A stretch of DNA of 62,168 nucleotides, filler included, from Basidiobolus ranarum (GCA_040143965.1; 13 parts of 13 records of this genome joined end to end with filler, not necessarily neighbours in it); one strand, 5' to 3'. Positions 24,478 through 38,281 are shown, numbered from the whole stretch's first letter. Notes: generated by a model from the letters alone, not told the origin. Numbers and translations are program-made.

Positions 24478-26420
24478 TCAACTTTCTGTTTTCATTCTTT
24501 TTGCATCCGGAGCCTCCACATTACGCACTTCATTCTCACCGGTACTGGCAAGACTACAATGTGGGGGTTAGTTAGTGGGTTTCTTAGTGTATATGGTTAA
24601 TATATATAATTACCTATCCCGTTTAGATAATGGAGATGGATGTAAAACTCTCGGCGGTAAGGGCCAATGAAACGTACCACCGCTCGTTGGAGTTGCATTC
24701 ACCGTAAGCGGACTTAAAAGCTCGTTAGATTGATTGTAGAACTCTGGGTAAAAGGTGGATGGTGATGGTAAGTTTTGTGCGAATTGTGACATGGTAGCTG
24801 AGGCAGGTTTGGTGGAATCTTGAGTTCGGATCGCAGGGAGCTAGTTATTTACTTCGATTAATATATTGGTAATTTGGAAATAATTTAATAGACTTACAAT
24901 TTGCCCACTAGTGATTGATTGTGCCTCTCGCATCGTAACTGGACTGTGCGCTGAAGTGGGTTGTGGCGAATTAATATTGGTCTGCGATGAATTTAGGTCG
25001 GCTGGGGGTGAGATTGGTTGGACTGGGGGAGATTTTTTACTCTCGCTATTTGCTGAGAATTGGGACGGAGCGTGCTGTGGTTTCTGCTCTGGAATTTGGA
25101 CACGTAATCTAGGGCGCCCTTTCCCAATAGCTTGCTGGTTCTCATTTGAATTGAGTACAGGTTCGGCGAGCTGAGGTGATAAATGTGGAGAAGACTGCTA
25201 AAAAGAGAATGGACGATGAATAACCACTGAGAATTTAGTTGACTGAATGGGATGTAACTTACCTGAGTTTCTGACCCAGGCTGCGATGATTCGCATATAT
25301 TTGGGCTGGGTGATTGTGTTGGGTAGTAGGACTGGTTTAATTGCGATAACTGTTGTTGAGGTTGGGACTGGGACTGGGGTGGAGCTTGGACTTGGGCAGT
25401 TGGCTGGAAATGAGAAGAGTGTTGTTGTAAATGTTGCGACGAAAGCTGAGATTGTGAGATCGGTTGATAAAACTTTTGTTGAGAGACTTGTTTGAGGGAA
25501 TGCATTTGTTGGTTTTGTTGCATGGTCATATCAGACATGGGCTGTATTTGCTGATGGGATTGCTCCATATTAGAAGAAAAGTTATACGCATTCATGTTAA
25601 CGTCTTGAGGGTGCGCTCCAACTACATTTCCATGAGAAGAATTGAAATATTTGGCAGCAGGTTGATTTGCCATGTTTTGAATCTGCTGATGGTGCGCTTG
25701 AATCTGCTGTGGCATTAGATGCTGTCCTTGAGATGGATGTGCTATTTGAGTGTGCACTTGGGTCAAAGGGCGTGCTTGGAAATGAGCCTTCGTAGTATAC
25801 TGAATAGAAAAGTATCAAAGACTGTCATAAGCTGATGATTGTGGTCATAGTAATACCTGAGGAGTATGCATTGATTCACCAAAATCAGCTGGTTGATTGT
25901 CATCATCTATATTGCCATTATTCTTAAGAAGATTTTCAAACTAAAGTAACAACGAAAGGTTAAAACTGTCTCTCTTGGTGATATACACTACCATTGAAAA
26001 GTACTTACGTCTTCGTTTCTACGACTTTCATGTGGATCATTATACTATATTTGATTAAACATAGAGGGGTTAGTTTACTCTCGTGTTGAGACAAGCCTAT
26101 TGTTCCTTAAAACTAACCTCGGTATATTTCATTAGAATCTTGTCCATATCCGAGCTGGCGTACTGAACCAACTTATTTTGAGAGTTAAAGATGATCAAGC
26201 CGATTTCGCACTCGCATAGTACACTAAGCTCATACGCCTTCTTCATTAAGCCGAACTTTCTTTTGAGAAAGGTAACCTGTTAACGATACAAGGAAGATTA
26301 GCCATGAAGAAGAAATAAGGTGTGAGGTTTGTTAACTTCACACAAGAATCGGGATAGTGACATCACCTGTTTGTTGCGCTCATCCAAGATAGGTTTAATC
26401 TCGATTTTCTTACGACCCAT
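24478..26420 (-). CDS. RLM1: MEF2-type MADS-box transcription factor (Rlm1/RlmA-like), 8 exons
   Basis: Exons 26420-26367, 26276-26118, 26044-26009, 25940-25857, 25799-25263, 25197-24898, 24840-24614 and 24553-24478 join in frame over GT-AG introns. Reads [43 protein letters not shown]...[12 protein letters not shown], then a Gln-rich middle, [20 protein letters not shown] and C-terminal KRMK. Confidence 0.95.
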
Positions 26421-28702
26421 AGTTTATATTATTGGTGTTGCAAATTTTTATGACTTGATAGTATAAGTATATCCAGGAGTTTTACCGAGAAGTGAAAACC
26501 AACTAGAGTGGCACAAGAACAACATAGAAAGAGGCGACATGAGGTTGAACAGTAATAGAAGATAAATAGAGAGTAAAGGCGAAGATTAGTAAGACTTAAA
26601 GAGGGCACCGCATATAGTCACGAAAACTTACCGACGTGCAGTTATTTGTGTTCGGGGTAGGTAGGTCAAGTTGCTGGATAAAGCTTGTTCTTTTTTTAGG
26701 ACAAATTTGTGAACAGGGTGTTGCTATACTTAACTGACGTGCCCAAAATAACTTTGGCTTTTGATGGAAAAAAAATAGAAGAGTCAGAGATTGGGTTATT
26801 CTGCAGATTCAGCACCAGTTTTAAGAACATGATCTGTGATTGGTCTAAGGCAAATCTAATCATAGAATTGCTACTGTAAGTAATCAAGATCAGAGCAACT
26901 GCAGAATACCGAATTACAATGACAATTCTGTCGAGGGAATTGATTGGTGGAAAGAAACCAATATACCCCATACGCTATCTTTGACTGGGAACTGGTAATT
27001 CATGAACGCCATATGATTCACAGGAGAGGATGACAACAAAAGTAGCTCTATATAGAATTATTACCCACTTCAAACTTGTCAGGCTCATAGAAACCGCTGA
27101 GTGCTCATTTGCTGTAGCCTACAGGACTATTTATGGAATCTATGAGAATAAGACAGCTGTTCAACGCTGTCTTAGATGTCATCTGCAACGCACCCAATCA
27201 TCACACCATAAACCACAAACACGTTAGAGAGATATTGTTATGATTTTCTAGCAAGAACAAGAGGCGCCTCGACACCAAGTCACTCTATATTTTATCTACA
27301 AGTCTGTGAAGCGAATTCCTTGCAAATACAGGCTTTGTTTGTACGCGGCCTGGGACACAATCTGAGTACAAGTGGCCCCTCCTAATCCATACTAATTTCT
27401 ATCTGATATGGAATCAGGTTTGAGGGCGGTGTCCTAAAAATAGAAGTTTCCATTAATGTAGAGAGCGGGCGATTTCCACTCCCAAACCACACTCCATTTA
27501 TATCGGTCTCCACCGCATTGTAGTTCATACTGGTGTTAATTACTATGGTTGACCTTTAGTTGGTCATTGACTGGAACCTGTTTTAGGAGCATCTAGAACC
27601 CATTGGCATGGCATTCGATGTTACTTCTTTTCAATCTCCTATGCTATCTAGACTGTTGGAGGCCTAGCTTGGCACAGCAAGTAACTACAATCCGTGGCAC
27701 TTGGAGAGGGGGTAAGCCGGCTACATAGCCTTTACTTTGCGTAGTACTTTCTTGAGCTCTCTGATAATCACACTAGTAGGGAAATAATCACCTCTAAAAG
27801 CTTCACTACATGAAGGTATATTTGACCATGTGCTCACATGGAACATAGCTTTGGGCTGATGATCATTCGAAACATCTATGTCTCAATCATAGTAAGAATT
27901 TAGGGCTAGAAAGCTAGCTACAAACAATCATTTGACTTGGAATTAAATAAAGCGGATTCGGCGATTTTTCCAGAGAAAATCTAGGAATAGAGATCTAAGG
28001 GTAGTTAACGAACTAAGACGGAGAATGCTCGGAGTACTCCATGGATAGGTAGCAAACAGCTAGTAGAACATACGCAAACATGACAAAGCTTAGTGCTCTA
28101 TATAATCATGGGTACGGAGACGCTTAGGACAAAAGTATCTCTACCCGGTTAGAATATAATGTGGTCTCTGGTGTGAGCTATACACTCGACAATGGCAGAC
28201 CCGAAAGAGGTAGAAGTACAGTAGAGGTTATAATTTTATCTAGCAATACGAAACGATATTTTTTGTGGCAATCAGGGCAAACTATAGGTGCTTTTCTTAG
28301 TATGCACTTGATTTGATCACCAGATGCCCCCATTTCCCTGTTTTCAATTTTAGCCATGTTATGTTAGCTCCGATATGACATGTATGTTACTAGAGTACAA
28401 AACCTTATGTATCAATTCTAACCCTAACCCTAAATGTATCAATGTAGCGATTTAACAAGAGGCACCCAAGTGTTTTTGGTTGATGAGGTCAACTTGACTT
28501 GCGATGAACCCTACCATACACAATTGAAATTTAAGAAGTTGGAGGGTTGAAGAGTTGTATTCCTCCATAATGACTCAGAAGTGGGGGATCTTAAATGAAG
28601 GAGTTCTATTTTGGAAACATCTGGCTCAGGGAGGTGCGTCTGGGGTATTTTTAGGCCCATCTCCTATTCAACAAATAGCATCTCTCCTGTGTTGGGGACG
28701 TG

Positions 28703-28802
28703 NNNNNNNNNNNNNNNNNNNNNNNNNNNNNNNNNNNNNNNNNNNNTTAATTAATTAANNNNNNNNNNNNNNNNNNNNNNNNNNNNNNNNNNNNNNNNNN
28801 NN
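28703..28802. other. Artificial contig spacer
   Basis: N44-TTAATTAATTAA-N44. Confidence 0.99.
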
Positions 28803-31621
28803 GAGTGTTAGTGTATATGATGGATCAATAACTGATCAGGTAAACATTGCTTATTAAACATTGCTTATTAATCCGTCTAATATATGTGGTAGTTGTTATT
28901 GATAGGTGTGAGATGCTTGCTTGCACATTTCGGGCTAAAGAGCTTAGCACTTGCCTGATATAGACGAATTGTAAATCATGCTCCAGTTTCGCTCTACTTA
29001 TTAATGAAGATGATAGCGAGGCAAGTATCCATATATAGCCTCGATTCCATGAATAAATTTCGTTGTTATACATTAGTATTAGCGATCCTGCACTATCTCG
29101 GCATGAATCATATAGTACGGATATTTAAGAGTTCCCTACACTAATTCAGAAGCATCGCTAAGCAGACCGTTCATTATTTGCCTTAGTCCCTACATTACAA
29201 ATACAACCAGAACCTAGCAGCAAGAGATGCACAGCATTGGGAGCTAGTTTAAACGGCAGAACTATGTGCTGGTCAATTGGAGCCGTACTTTTTTCCTGTG
29301 AGAAAGGGCTCGTCTAGTGACCCTGCGGACTCCAACATTAGGAGAGGAACTACAAGGCAGTTCGAAGTAGTCATTTGAACACTCCTCCAGATCTTCTTAT
29401 TGAGACCTACTAGAGTGTTTCACGCTGAGGATCCTTTAATGCAGGGAAGCGGAGAAAGTAGCTTAAACACTAGCTGCTTTGAAATGACCTATCTTGTTGG
29501 ATCTTCAGCATTGCTTGATATTTGGATTCTAGAAGATCACTATTGCCTCATATCTGACTCCTCTGGCTGGCTTCAGATATGGAATGCGGGGGGAGGGTGA
29601 GGTAAGAACTCGATGGTGAATTCCCAAGGATTTCAGTGCTGACTGCTCGATGCATCATAGGTTGAATCAGGAAACCAATGGAAAGCTCATCAATAATTCC
29701 GCACAATATTGTTTGTGAAACAATTTGTTAAAATGCTTCTTTGTTAGGATGAAAGCATTATAAATTAATTGAAAGTCACATGACTCCGCATGAATAAACA
29801 AGAATGATGAAAGCTCTTTGTGTTCAACTAGCTAACGCCATTTCGAAGGCCGGAGAATCTCCTCCATATCAAAGCATTGAAGAGGAGAGTCACAGGTGGC
29901 ACGCGATAACGTTAAATTACTCACGTTGTTGATGTTATCTTTTTTGGCCAGCGAATCAGCACTACCTACAGAACTCACGCAAAACTTGAAGTTCTCAGAT
30001 GCCAACTATATTGCAAAATCTATTATGAAACTAGTATGCTAGCCACCCACCACCATTATTACACTAGTTAGCAAGTGAGCTCGTCACCGATCCCAAGGAA
30101 CATGTACTCTCACTCGAGCTCAAGCCTTGCTGAACGAAGCTATCCATCTCCAAGCAGTATTCCTTGCCACACCCCTCCCTCCATGAACATTAGTGGTACT
30201 TGATTTGGAGATGATTGGTCAGTGGGAGTAGCAGCATGTAGTAAGAGTTTCAAATGGACACATCATTATTTACTCCAGAAAATTGCCTTATTTCAAATTC
30301 AAATAATCAACTTTCGAATAGCACCACTGTCTTTCCTTTCGATTCTTCCCGCTTGGTGTTCGATCCCATGATTACAAAGGATTCCTATACAGCCACTCAT
30401 GCTATGATACAGTCAGAGTTAATTAATGCTTCTTTTAGACATTTGATCTATCTAACTCGGTAAAAGCCCTTCCACTTGCCTGCGGGGCAAGGTGAGGAAT
30501 GGAGAGTGAAGGTTGGAGGTGGGACAGCAACCAATCTGTACTTGATTTTGAGAAAGTGAAAACGGGCTTTCATTTAAGAGAGAACCTTTGAACAAACGAT
30601 TGGGTAGTACAGGAAACAGCAAGTGCAACAGGAGTATAGCGTGCTATTCAGATTGAAATATACAAAGTATATTATATGTAGGACAAAGCAATATTCGTGG
30701 TTATCATCGAATTCCTAAATGGGCGTTATCTCATATTCCTACTAAACAATAATCTATTCTGATGTAGTACAGGAGCACATGAGCGAGAAATCGAGGTAAA
30801 ACTACACAAATTATATCGCGTATCTCAATGAGGCAAGCATTCGTTTGTCAATCGTACGAAAAGAATTCCAAAGCCCTTGTGGTTTCTATTCGAATCATTA
30901 TTGTCGATTGTTGTGGCAGGCTGTAGGAGTGGGTGCGACCATGGATGGACGTAAGTTGAAGCCAGATGCTATCTTGATGTCGACCGTACTGGAACCCTAG
31001 CCCTGTAAGTTAGTACTCAGAATCTAGTGGAAATGTGTGCGCTTGATGTGACAGAATCGATAGATTTCACTCCGATGACAGAGCACCATCCCTATCAGAT
31101 ATTGACAAGGCAAGGCAGACGGGACCAATGGGTGTGCAGAGGTTGTTTTGGCCTAACTGCATATGATTTCCCAATCCCAAAAGTCTGGTCTGTTTCAGCA
31201 GAGAAATCGCAAGGGGTTGATTTACCCTGGGTGAGCCAGCGGCTATTAAATCCACTGACTAGAGTGGTGCGCAGGTAAATTGTTCCCTAGGGCTAAATCA
31301 CATCACTATGGCCGCTTGTGGTTAAGTGGTGTGGGCTTAAGGCTTAATTCAATAGATACTGGACCAGAGTTCTTTCGGTTTCGAGTAGGATAGATTCCGA
31401 GTAGCCAGGCTGGAATTAGAGGAGCTTTGTTTAGGGAGTGAATTTCACATGCGTAAATTATTGCTGACAACTACAAGGTGCGAGGATGTTGGCAATTGTT
31501 CCGGGGAACGGTGACTAACCCTTTATTAGAGAAACTTCGAAAACATCAATTACTTGTTACAGTACTGTTGCGTGTAAACATACACAGATATTGGCCACCC
31601 TATGGTGAGATTCTGCTGCGA

Positions 31622-33283
31622 TCAGGAAAAATCTCTAGAATTTCTATGAATTACCGTGAATTGCACAAGTTTCGGATCTAAATTAATATCCAATGTTGGT
31701 ATGGCTACCAAATTGTCCTGCGAATCGACGACTGACGGGATCGTGAATCTACTGGATTCAGGGACTTTGCTGAACCACTGCCTCATCCGTCGATGGAAAT
31801 CATCGATATCCTGCACTTGCTCACGATCAGTGTTATTTAATGGTCTGATAAAGAGCTTTGTGGAAGGCGATCCCTGCAATGCGACGAATATCCTATCGTC
31901 CCATAAATTAGGAGCATCCCACCTCAGCTCCTTGTTTAGCTTCCATAGCTCATTCCTTTTGGGCGGCTGTCTAGATACAGTCCAATCAGATGACCCGCTT
32001 TTGGGTGATGTGATGAGAGTTCCACCTAAAGCGACACTCTTACGGCGTGCACTACGGCGAAACTCCGTGATTTCTTCTCGAAGAGAGAGTACTTGTTCCA
32101 GCCTGGGCGAGTGGTCCTTGCTTCCAATGGTATGGATCATTTTCGACAGTACTCGTGTAGCTAATGGTGTAGATTCTAGCCAGTTAGACTTGTCGTCGAT
32201 TGTAAACGTACAAATACCATTCTTGTTATCAAATTTGACCATATTTTCCATTATATTGGATACTAAAAAAAATTGGAGCATGAGCATACAGTGCCAACAT
32301 CGAATTACCAAGGCTATCGGGTACCTTTCAAGTTTATGAATTCTCTATGTCTGCGCATATGAGCAGCAAAGGTTTCCAGTGAAGAGTCGGTGAGTGCCTC
32401 CAATGGAGAGTGTGTAGATGTTTCTTTGGCCTTAGCAACACTCACGTCAACTTTCTTTAATACGTGTCTGATCATATTCCGTTGATATATTAGATCTCCA
32501 TTACTTGGGTCGTCAAACCACTTAATTCCATAGTATCTACATGTGTCAACTAGTCTAGTCTATATAAGAACCAACCCAGTGTTATAAAATATTAGCTGGC
32601 AACAAACACAGGAAATCCATTGCGCATATACTGACTTTGGGAATGCCCAGTAAGGGTCTAGCAACAAGTAAATCAAGTGCAGGGATCTTGTCGGTAAAAG
32701 GGAATCTTGCCAATGGTGAGATACCAGCTAATCCGTCGATTCCAGAAGCTCTGGCAAGCCTAAAGAGAGTGGTTTCTTTCAAATCCCCTAAGTGGTGGCC
32801 GAAGTATATAGTTTTGCATTGAGCTTGTTGACAGGCCTCACCCAGTAAAGCATATCGAGCCTTTCTAGCAGCAGTTTCTAAATGCTGACTTTTTGGAATT
32901 CCTTCGGAATATCCATGCTGTTCCCAGTCGATCTTTAATGTGGTATGCTTAACATCTGTAAGTGTTTGAAGTAAAAGAAAGAAGGTCTAGATTAGGAAAA
33001 CTAAACAGCCATCGGCTAAAGTGTCAAAGCTAACTTACTGACTTAACCTATGTAAAACCTTCCCAACTTCCTGAGCTTCAACCGAGCTTTCTTTTCGCAG
33101 CTGATGGTCGATGGTAAAGGCGTGTATTCTGTCACCAAAATATTGTTTTAATAAAAAACAAATTGCCATACTATCAACTCCTCCAGAAACTGCAACACCT
33201 TGACATGGTGCGACAGATATACTATATTTACTCAAAAATTTATTCAGTAAGATCGTAAATTCTTCAACCTTCAAAGGGTTCAT
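31622..33283 (-). CDS. tilS: tRNA(Ile)-lysidine synthase (TilS/MesJ PP-loop ATPase), probably mitochondrial, 4 exons
   Basis: Exons 33283-33043, 32955-32636, 32559-32325 and 32262-31622. Motifs VAVSGGVDSMA, IDHQLR, ETAARKARY, GHHLGDLKETTLFRL, RPLL, DDPSN and RNMIR. Confidence 0.92.
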
Positions 33284-33494
33284 TTTGAAAGAGATCGATT
33301 TCTACAGGCAGTCGACTCAAGTTGATAAAGTAAAAAATGGTTTCTTCTCAGATAAAATTGATGATAATGTAGATTTTATTCATCCCATAATAGTTGGCAA
33401 TCACTTGCTACTAGAGTATATATACTTTTAAGATCAATACATAATGTCATGTCCTTCGGGACCTCTGACACTTGAAAAAATTGGAACGATACAG

Positions 33495-33594
33495 NNNNNN
33501 NNNNNNNNNNNNNNNNNNNNNNNNNNNNNNNNNNNNNNTTAATTAATTAANNNNNNNNNNNNNNNNNNNNNNNNNNNNNNNNNNNNNNNNNNNN
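33495..33594. other. Artificial contig spacer
   Basis: N44-TTAATTAATTAA-N44. Confidence 0.99.
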
Positions 33595-35694
33595 TTGTAC
33601 GTAATTAGCCAATCTGTACTCCATTAGCCTTTATAGCCATTATGATTATGCAGCCATATGATATCCACCAAAGCAGGTTTGATTTTCCTCACGCTGTGGC
33701 TTCACATCCGTGTTGTAATATAGGATCTCGCAAACAGCGCCACTTGTTTTGGTGAATCTATTCAAGAAGCTTGGCAAAACAACCTCCGATATTTCCTTAG
33801 CCTGCAGATTGTCCTAGGCGCGGATGAAAGATGGTGTTACTGGCTAGACATCATTGACACAGCCGCTTGAGACTTTTTCGTTTCGTATCTCCGAAGTTAT
33901 GCTATCTTAACCATCTGTCCATCCTACAGTGTGACTTGTCTCTTGATGAACCGTGTTTCATCTTCCAGCCAGCATTTTGGTCAGCACTACAACGACGATT
34001 TTTCCAAGGCCCCACCTGTCATGAAACGAATGTGAATCTCAAGAGGTGTCTGTGTCAGAAGATTGGATGGAATGTGAATTGTCAGCTTTTCTAGAATTAC
34101 CATGACTATGTAATTCAGATCGCATCTCCAGTATTCCTATTAATGATGGACTCGAGTTGCTTTGGAGTTTGCATTCCTCTGATTTGTGCGATTGCTGATA
34201 CTCGAAGTTTTGCTATATGATGATTCCGATTCTGAGGCCTCGCGAGCTAGGGTTAACCCTAGTTGTTGATGGGACTTCCTAAGCTTACAAGAATGCGGTG
34301 TTTAGTGCCACTCCAATGTGTTGTGCCATGCTACAGGTGGAAACATTGATACAGTCATAAAATGAGATTGGGTTAAAGCATGTTAATGTGATGCAATTGC
34401 ACAAACCATTGAAAGCCTCCTCCAATACACTACTTATTGGACTACTACAAATAGCTAAAGCAAGGAACTTAATATTAATTTATACTTTTGAAATCATGAT
34501 ATTCTTCAAATCTTACTGAATATGATAGTTAGCATGACCAGAACCTGACTGTTCAAGTTAACTGAGATATGCCAGGTGATTCGGATAGATATTCTCACAA
34601 CTCGCCTATCAATGGAAGAGCTATTTAGTACATTCCAAGCAAGTGAACTGAAGTGGTATGCACTCGTTTACTTAGCTCACCCTGAAGCTGGATTTTCAAT
34701 TCTAATGCCAACCCCCCATTGGGTCTATGACGTGAAATTGTACTGTTCAGTTTAGAATGGGTGTTTGGCTTGCTCCATTGCTTTGGCTGTCAATAAAATC
34801 AAAGTACTCTAAATTGATATTGTTTGAGTCGGTTGCCGTATGCAATGTAGCCTAAGGCTTACTTGATAGGCTATCTGAACTAAACCACTCAAATATACAA
34901 TTCATGTACTCAAACTGTACCTACATCTGCTTGTCATGAGCTCCAAGATTTGGTGATTGTGGTTTTAATTTGTAATAGAAAGTTGCAGCAATAATACTGT
35001 TGTAACGCATGAAATGATAGTCCCTAGGATGATTAGAAGAAGTGTGAGGTTGAAACAGGTGTTACCTTGCCGTTGAATAATCCAAATCATTAGCATTACA
35101 TTAATCTTGTATATACTAGGAACATAAAATAGACTAAAGTAGATATATTAGCTGCTTGGTCACTAATTTAATGAATATTGAGTGAATTTCAAGGCTAAGC
35201 ATTTGGTTGACCATTTTGAGATATGTTATCCACATGTGTTATGATGTTAACCATTTGAGTATTACATTATGTATGTACAGTATAATCAATTACATCTTGT
35301 TGTTTGGACATTCTACTCATCCTTATCTCTATTGTATCATGTTAGCGAAGTCTTTTACTATGGCGCTATTTCTTGTATATCCAAAATTATGAAATAGAAC
35401 TTTTTGTATTGGCTAACTTCAGTATTCCTTGGTTATCCATGGGGTGCATCGAGTTACCTTTTATTTAGATTAGACTAATCATAGCTAAATAGCAGTTTAT
35501 TGACAACCTCTATGACTACTGGTGTGGAAGAATCTGGGCACCATTATTGATCATGAATTACTGTGCATATACTGATGTGGACAGCTACTCATTTTCTTTA
35601 ATGAGGGTATGAGAAGGATAGAAAGTGGCTGGACAATATTACTGAAACAAGCCATAGGTGAGTTTCTCTCAGCAGAAGGTTTAGGCCATCACAG

Positions 35695-36021
35695 TGTCGA
35701 AATTAGCATTGCCTAAACATCTATATAGTAATATATAGCTTAGTATCTAGTTGTCCTATATTTCACTAAGTTATTACCCATTATTCTCAATCAGAATATT
35801 GACCCCAACTTAGAAGTTCTCAGATATATAGATTTTTCAAAGAAGCCCTAAACTTTGCACACATGTTCCTGGGACCTTCCTTAACACATTCTACACATTA
35901 GTTTGCTACATCTTGACAGAAGTATAAATGTCAACTTTCTACTTAATTAATCAATAAATGAAAACCACCAATTTCTCTAATTCTCCAAACCACTTCCAAC
36001 AGCCTCCCAAATACTTTAACA
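35695..36021 (+). mobile_element. Solo LTR, family A (copia), with perfect 5-bp TSD CACAG
   Basis: TG...AACA termini; CACAG at 35690-35694 and 36022-36026; homologous to 47083-47427. Confidence 0.92.
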
Positions 36022-37376
36022 CACAGTAGCTCCAAAATTCTCGCACATAGTAGGATTCTGCATTATACAATCTAGTAGCTATATAGTCGACATTTTATTA
36101 TCCAGCATCCTTAGGCCATAGGCTAGAACTTATTTAGAAGCAAATATTCCTGGTTTAGCATAATAAAACAGATTTGGCATACTCAAATATATCACTCATT
36201 GTAAACCATTAACTCATTTTCTCTTGCTTTGCCATATCCTTACAAATGGCTTCAAATTATATATTAACCAAAGAGTTAATATAAGCTTTAATAGAGATAT
36301 GTGAATAACTATAATAAGCTTCAAAACGCTTTAGATATAGAAGTAATACACATATACTCTAGGAGCTTGTATGACGTCAAGATGACTGCTGCAAGAATTT
36401 TATGAATCAAGGCCAGACTAGACCAAATCGGACCAAGTATATATGTGAATAAGGAAACTTCAGAAGAAGAGACATATCGCACATCTAGCATTAACAAATC
36501 GGTCGTAGCGAAATGCAACATGCTACCATATTGATAATGGAGTAGGTTTCCTAATGTATCATACCGGTTAGACATTCAGTATTGTGAAGAACCGCCATGG
36601 ATCCTCCACTGTGTTTACATGCTAGACTGCTCATAAACGTAACGTACCCTCATCCAAATAACCTGGGCTTATATTACAGTCATCAATCGTCGATGTGGCC
36701 AAGACATTTAAGGCTGTCGCAAAGATTGACCAATTGTTGTCCACACTTCGCAACCGTGTCTGGCCGATGATAACTGCCTACAGTAAGCAATCCGATCGCC
36801 ATCTTCACTCAGAAATATTGACAACACCGGATTGGCTATTACTAATAATAATAATGCTCTACCATTCTTCCTGGTGAATGTACGAATTACACTACAACTT
36901 CTGACTAGGCCATCCAGCTTCATCATTGGAATGAAGGTTCCACTTCTAATATTGCTCAGGGGGGCGGGTTTAGGCTATTATAGGAGCGTATGGTAAGTTT
37001 CTCATCGTCTGTCTGACACAAACGGCCAAAGTTTTAAACAAATTGAATCTTATATTAGCATAGATTTCTCAACCCACAACTACGTATTATGTACTGATAC
37101 GTTGTTAGCAACCCACTTACACACACATCTCTACACCCACTACAGATATCGTAGGGACAGTGAGCAAGTTTAATATATACTGGATAATGGAATTTGGTAA
37201 TGATTTCAAACTTTTTATATATAATCTTATTGTTTTATATATAAATAGATATGCCTTGCTATATATCCGATGAGGTAAATTTACAATTGGTTGATTAATA
37301 AATTAAAATGTAAATTAGGTACAAATCTTGAAACTCAAAGAACATCTTATTGATATAGCCAGCCACAAGTTAGATT

Positions 37377-38279
37377 TTAATAGTCCTTGGGATCTGGCAT
37401 TTTTACATCTGGAGTGTAATCCGCCTTCGGTGGAATGTTAGCGGATGGCTGTATCGGTGCTTGTGTCGATCCTGAAGGACCTGAAGGCATGCTATATGTT
37501 TCAGGAGTATATGGTTGGGGATTTACTCCCAAAGGAGCCTGATATTTGAATGGTAAATCACCAAAATTAACTTGCACATCCACGTTACCGTCTGCCCCTA
37601 GAGTTGGGAACACGAGATGCCACATTCCTTGACGTGCAATACCGAGATTAGTGCCATTTAGAGTGAAAAATACGTTGCCCGATGTTCGATCATAACCACA
37701 ACCAACAACGTCTCCAACACCAAACGAGGAAGAATAATTACGACCACCATATCCATCATCTACATACTTTCGACCATCATCCGAGTGATAGCCAACACTG
37801 TAAATGTTCCATCCAGGAAGTCTGAAGTGTGGGTATGGTCTAGTTGCTAAACCGATAGCAAACACGACACTAGGGTCGGGCTTTGACAAAATGGTGACTT
37901 CGAAATAAGAGATCGATGTTATGCTTTCAAGCGGGCATTGTTCGTTGTTCTGACATATAGTTTCCTGAAGGAGCAAATCGGAAAGCGAGGCTGGAAGGGG
38001 GAACTGCGTTTGAATTGATAGATCGTTACCAGAAGGATGGAAACGTAATACTGGTGATAACGATTCCCCTCTGCCTGGTGCTGCTTGAGAAGGTTTAGCC
38101 AGAGTTGTAGAGACAAATTGGTTAAGAGCTGGGTGAATCAACCAATTATTCAATGCCATTTGCTTGTGGTACCCCAGATAATGAAGTTCCTCTGCACTGG
38201 GGGGGGTGGTAGATGGGGGAGATTGTTGGCTAAATTGCATACCAGCGTCATAAAGTTCTCGTGTGGTGTTTTTATGAGT
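37377..38279 (-). CDS. SPRY-domain protein of the Ssh4/Ear1 family, 5'-truncated
   Basis: Reads IQTQFPLP, YFEVTI, IGLATRPYPHFRLPGW, SVGYHSDDG, GDVVGCG, FFTLNG and VNFG..PF. Frame is open to the contig edge (..YDAGMQFSQQSPP). Confidence 0.88.
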   Translation of the reverse strand, partial: THKNTTRELYDAGMQFSQQSPPSTTPPSAEELHYLGYHKQMALNNWLIHPALNQFVSTTLAKPSQAAPGRGESLSPVLRFHPSGNDLSIQTQFPLPASLSDLLLQETICQNNEQCPLESITSISYFEVTILSKPDPSVVFAIGLATRPYPHFRLPGWNIYSVGYHSDDGRKYVDDGYGGRNYSSSFGVGDVVGCGYDRTSGNVFFTLNGTNLGIARQGMWHLVFPTLGADGNVDVQVNFGDLPFKYQAPLGVNPQPYTPETYSMPSGPSGSTQAPIQPSANIPPKADYTPDVKMPDPKDY

Positions 38280-38281
38280 GG

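Noticed and set aside
31656..32339. 227-aa plus-strand ORF
   Set aside because: Antisense to the last TilS exon, with no recognisable motifs.
19211..38279. PY-motif proteins plus Ssh4-like protein as a ubiquitin-adaptor cluster
   Set aside because: They lie on different contigs; proximity is an artefact of length sorting.
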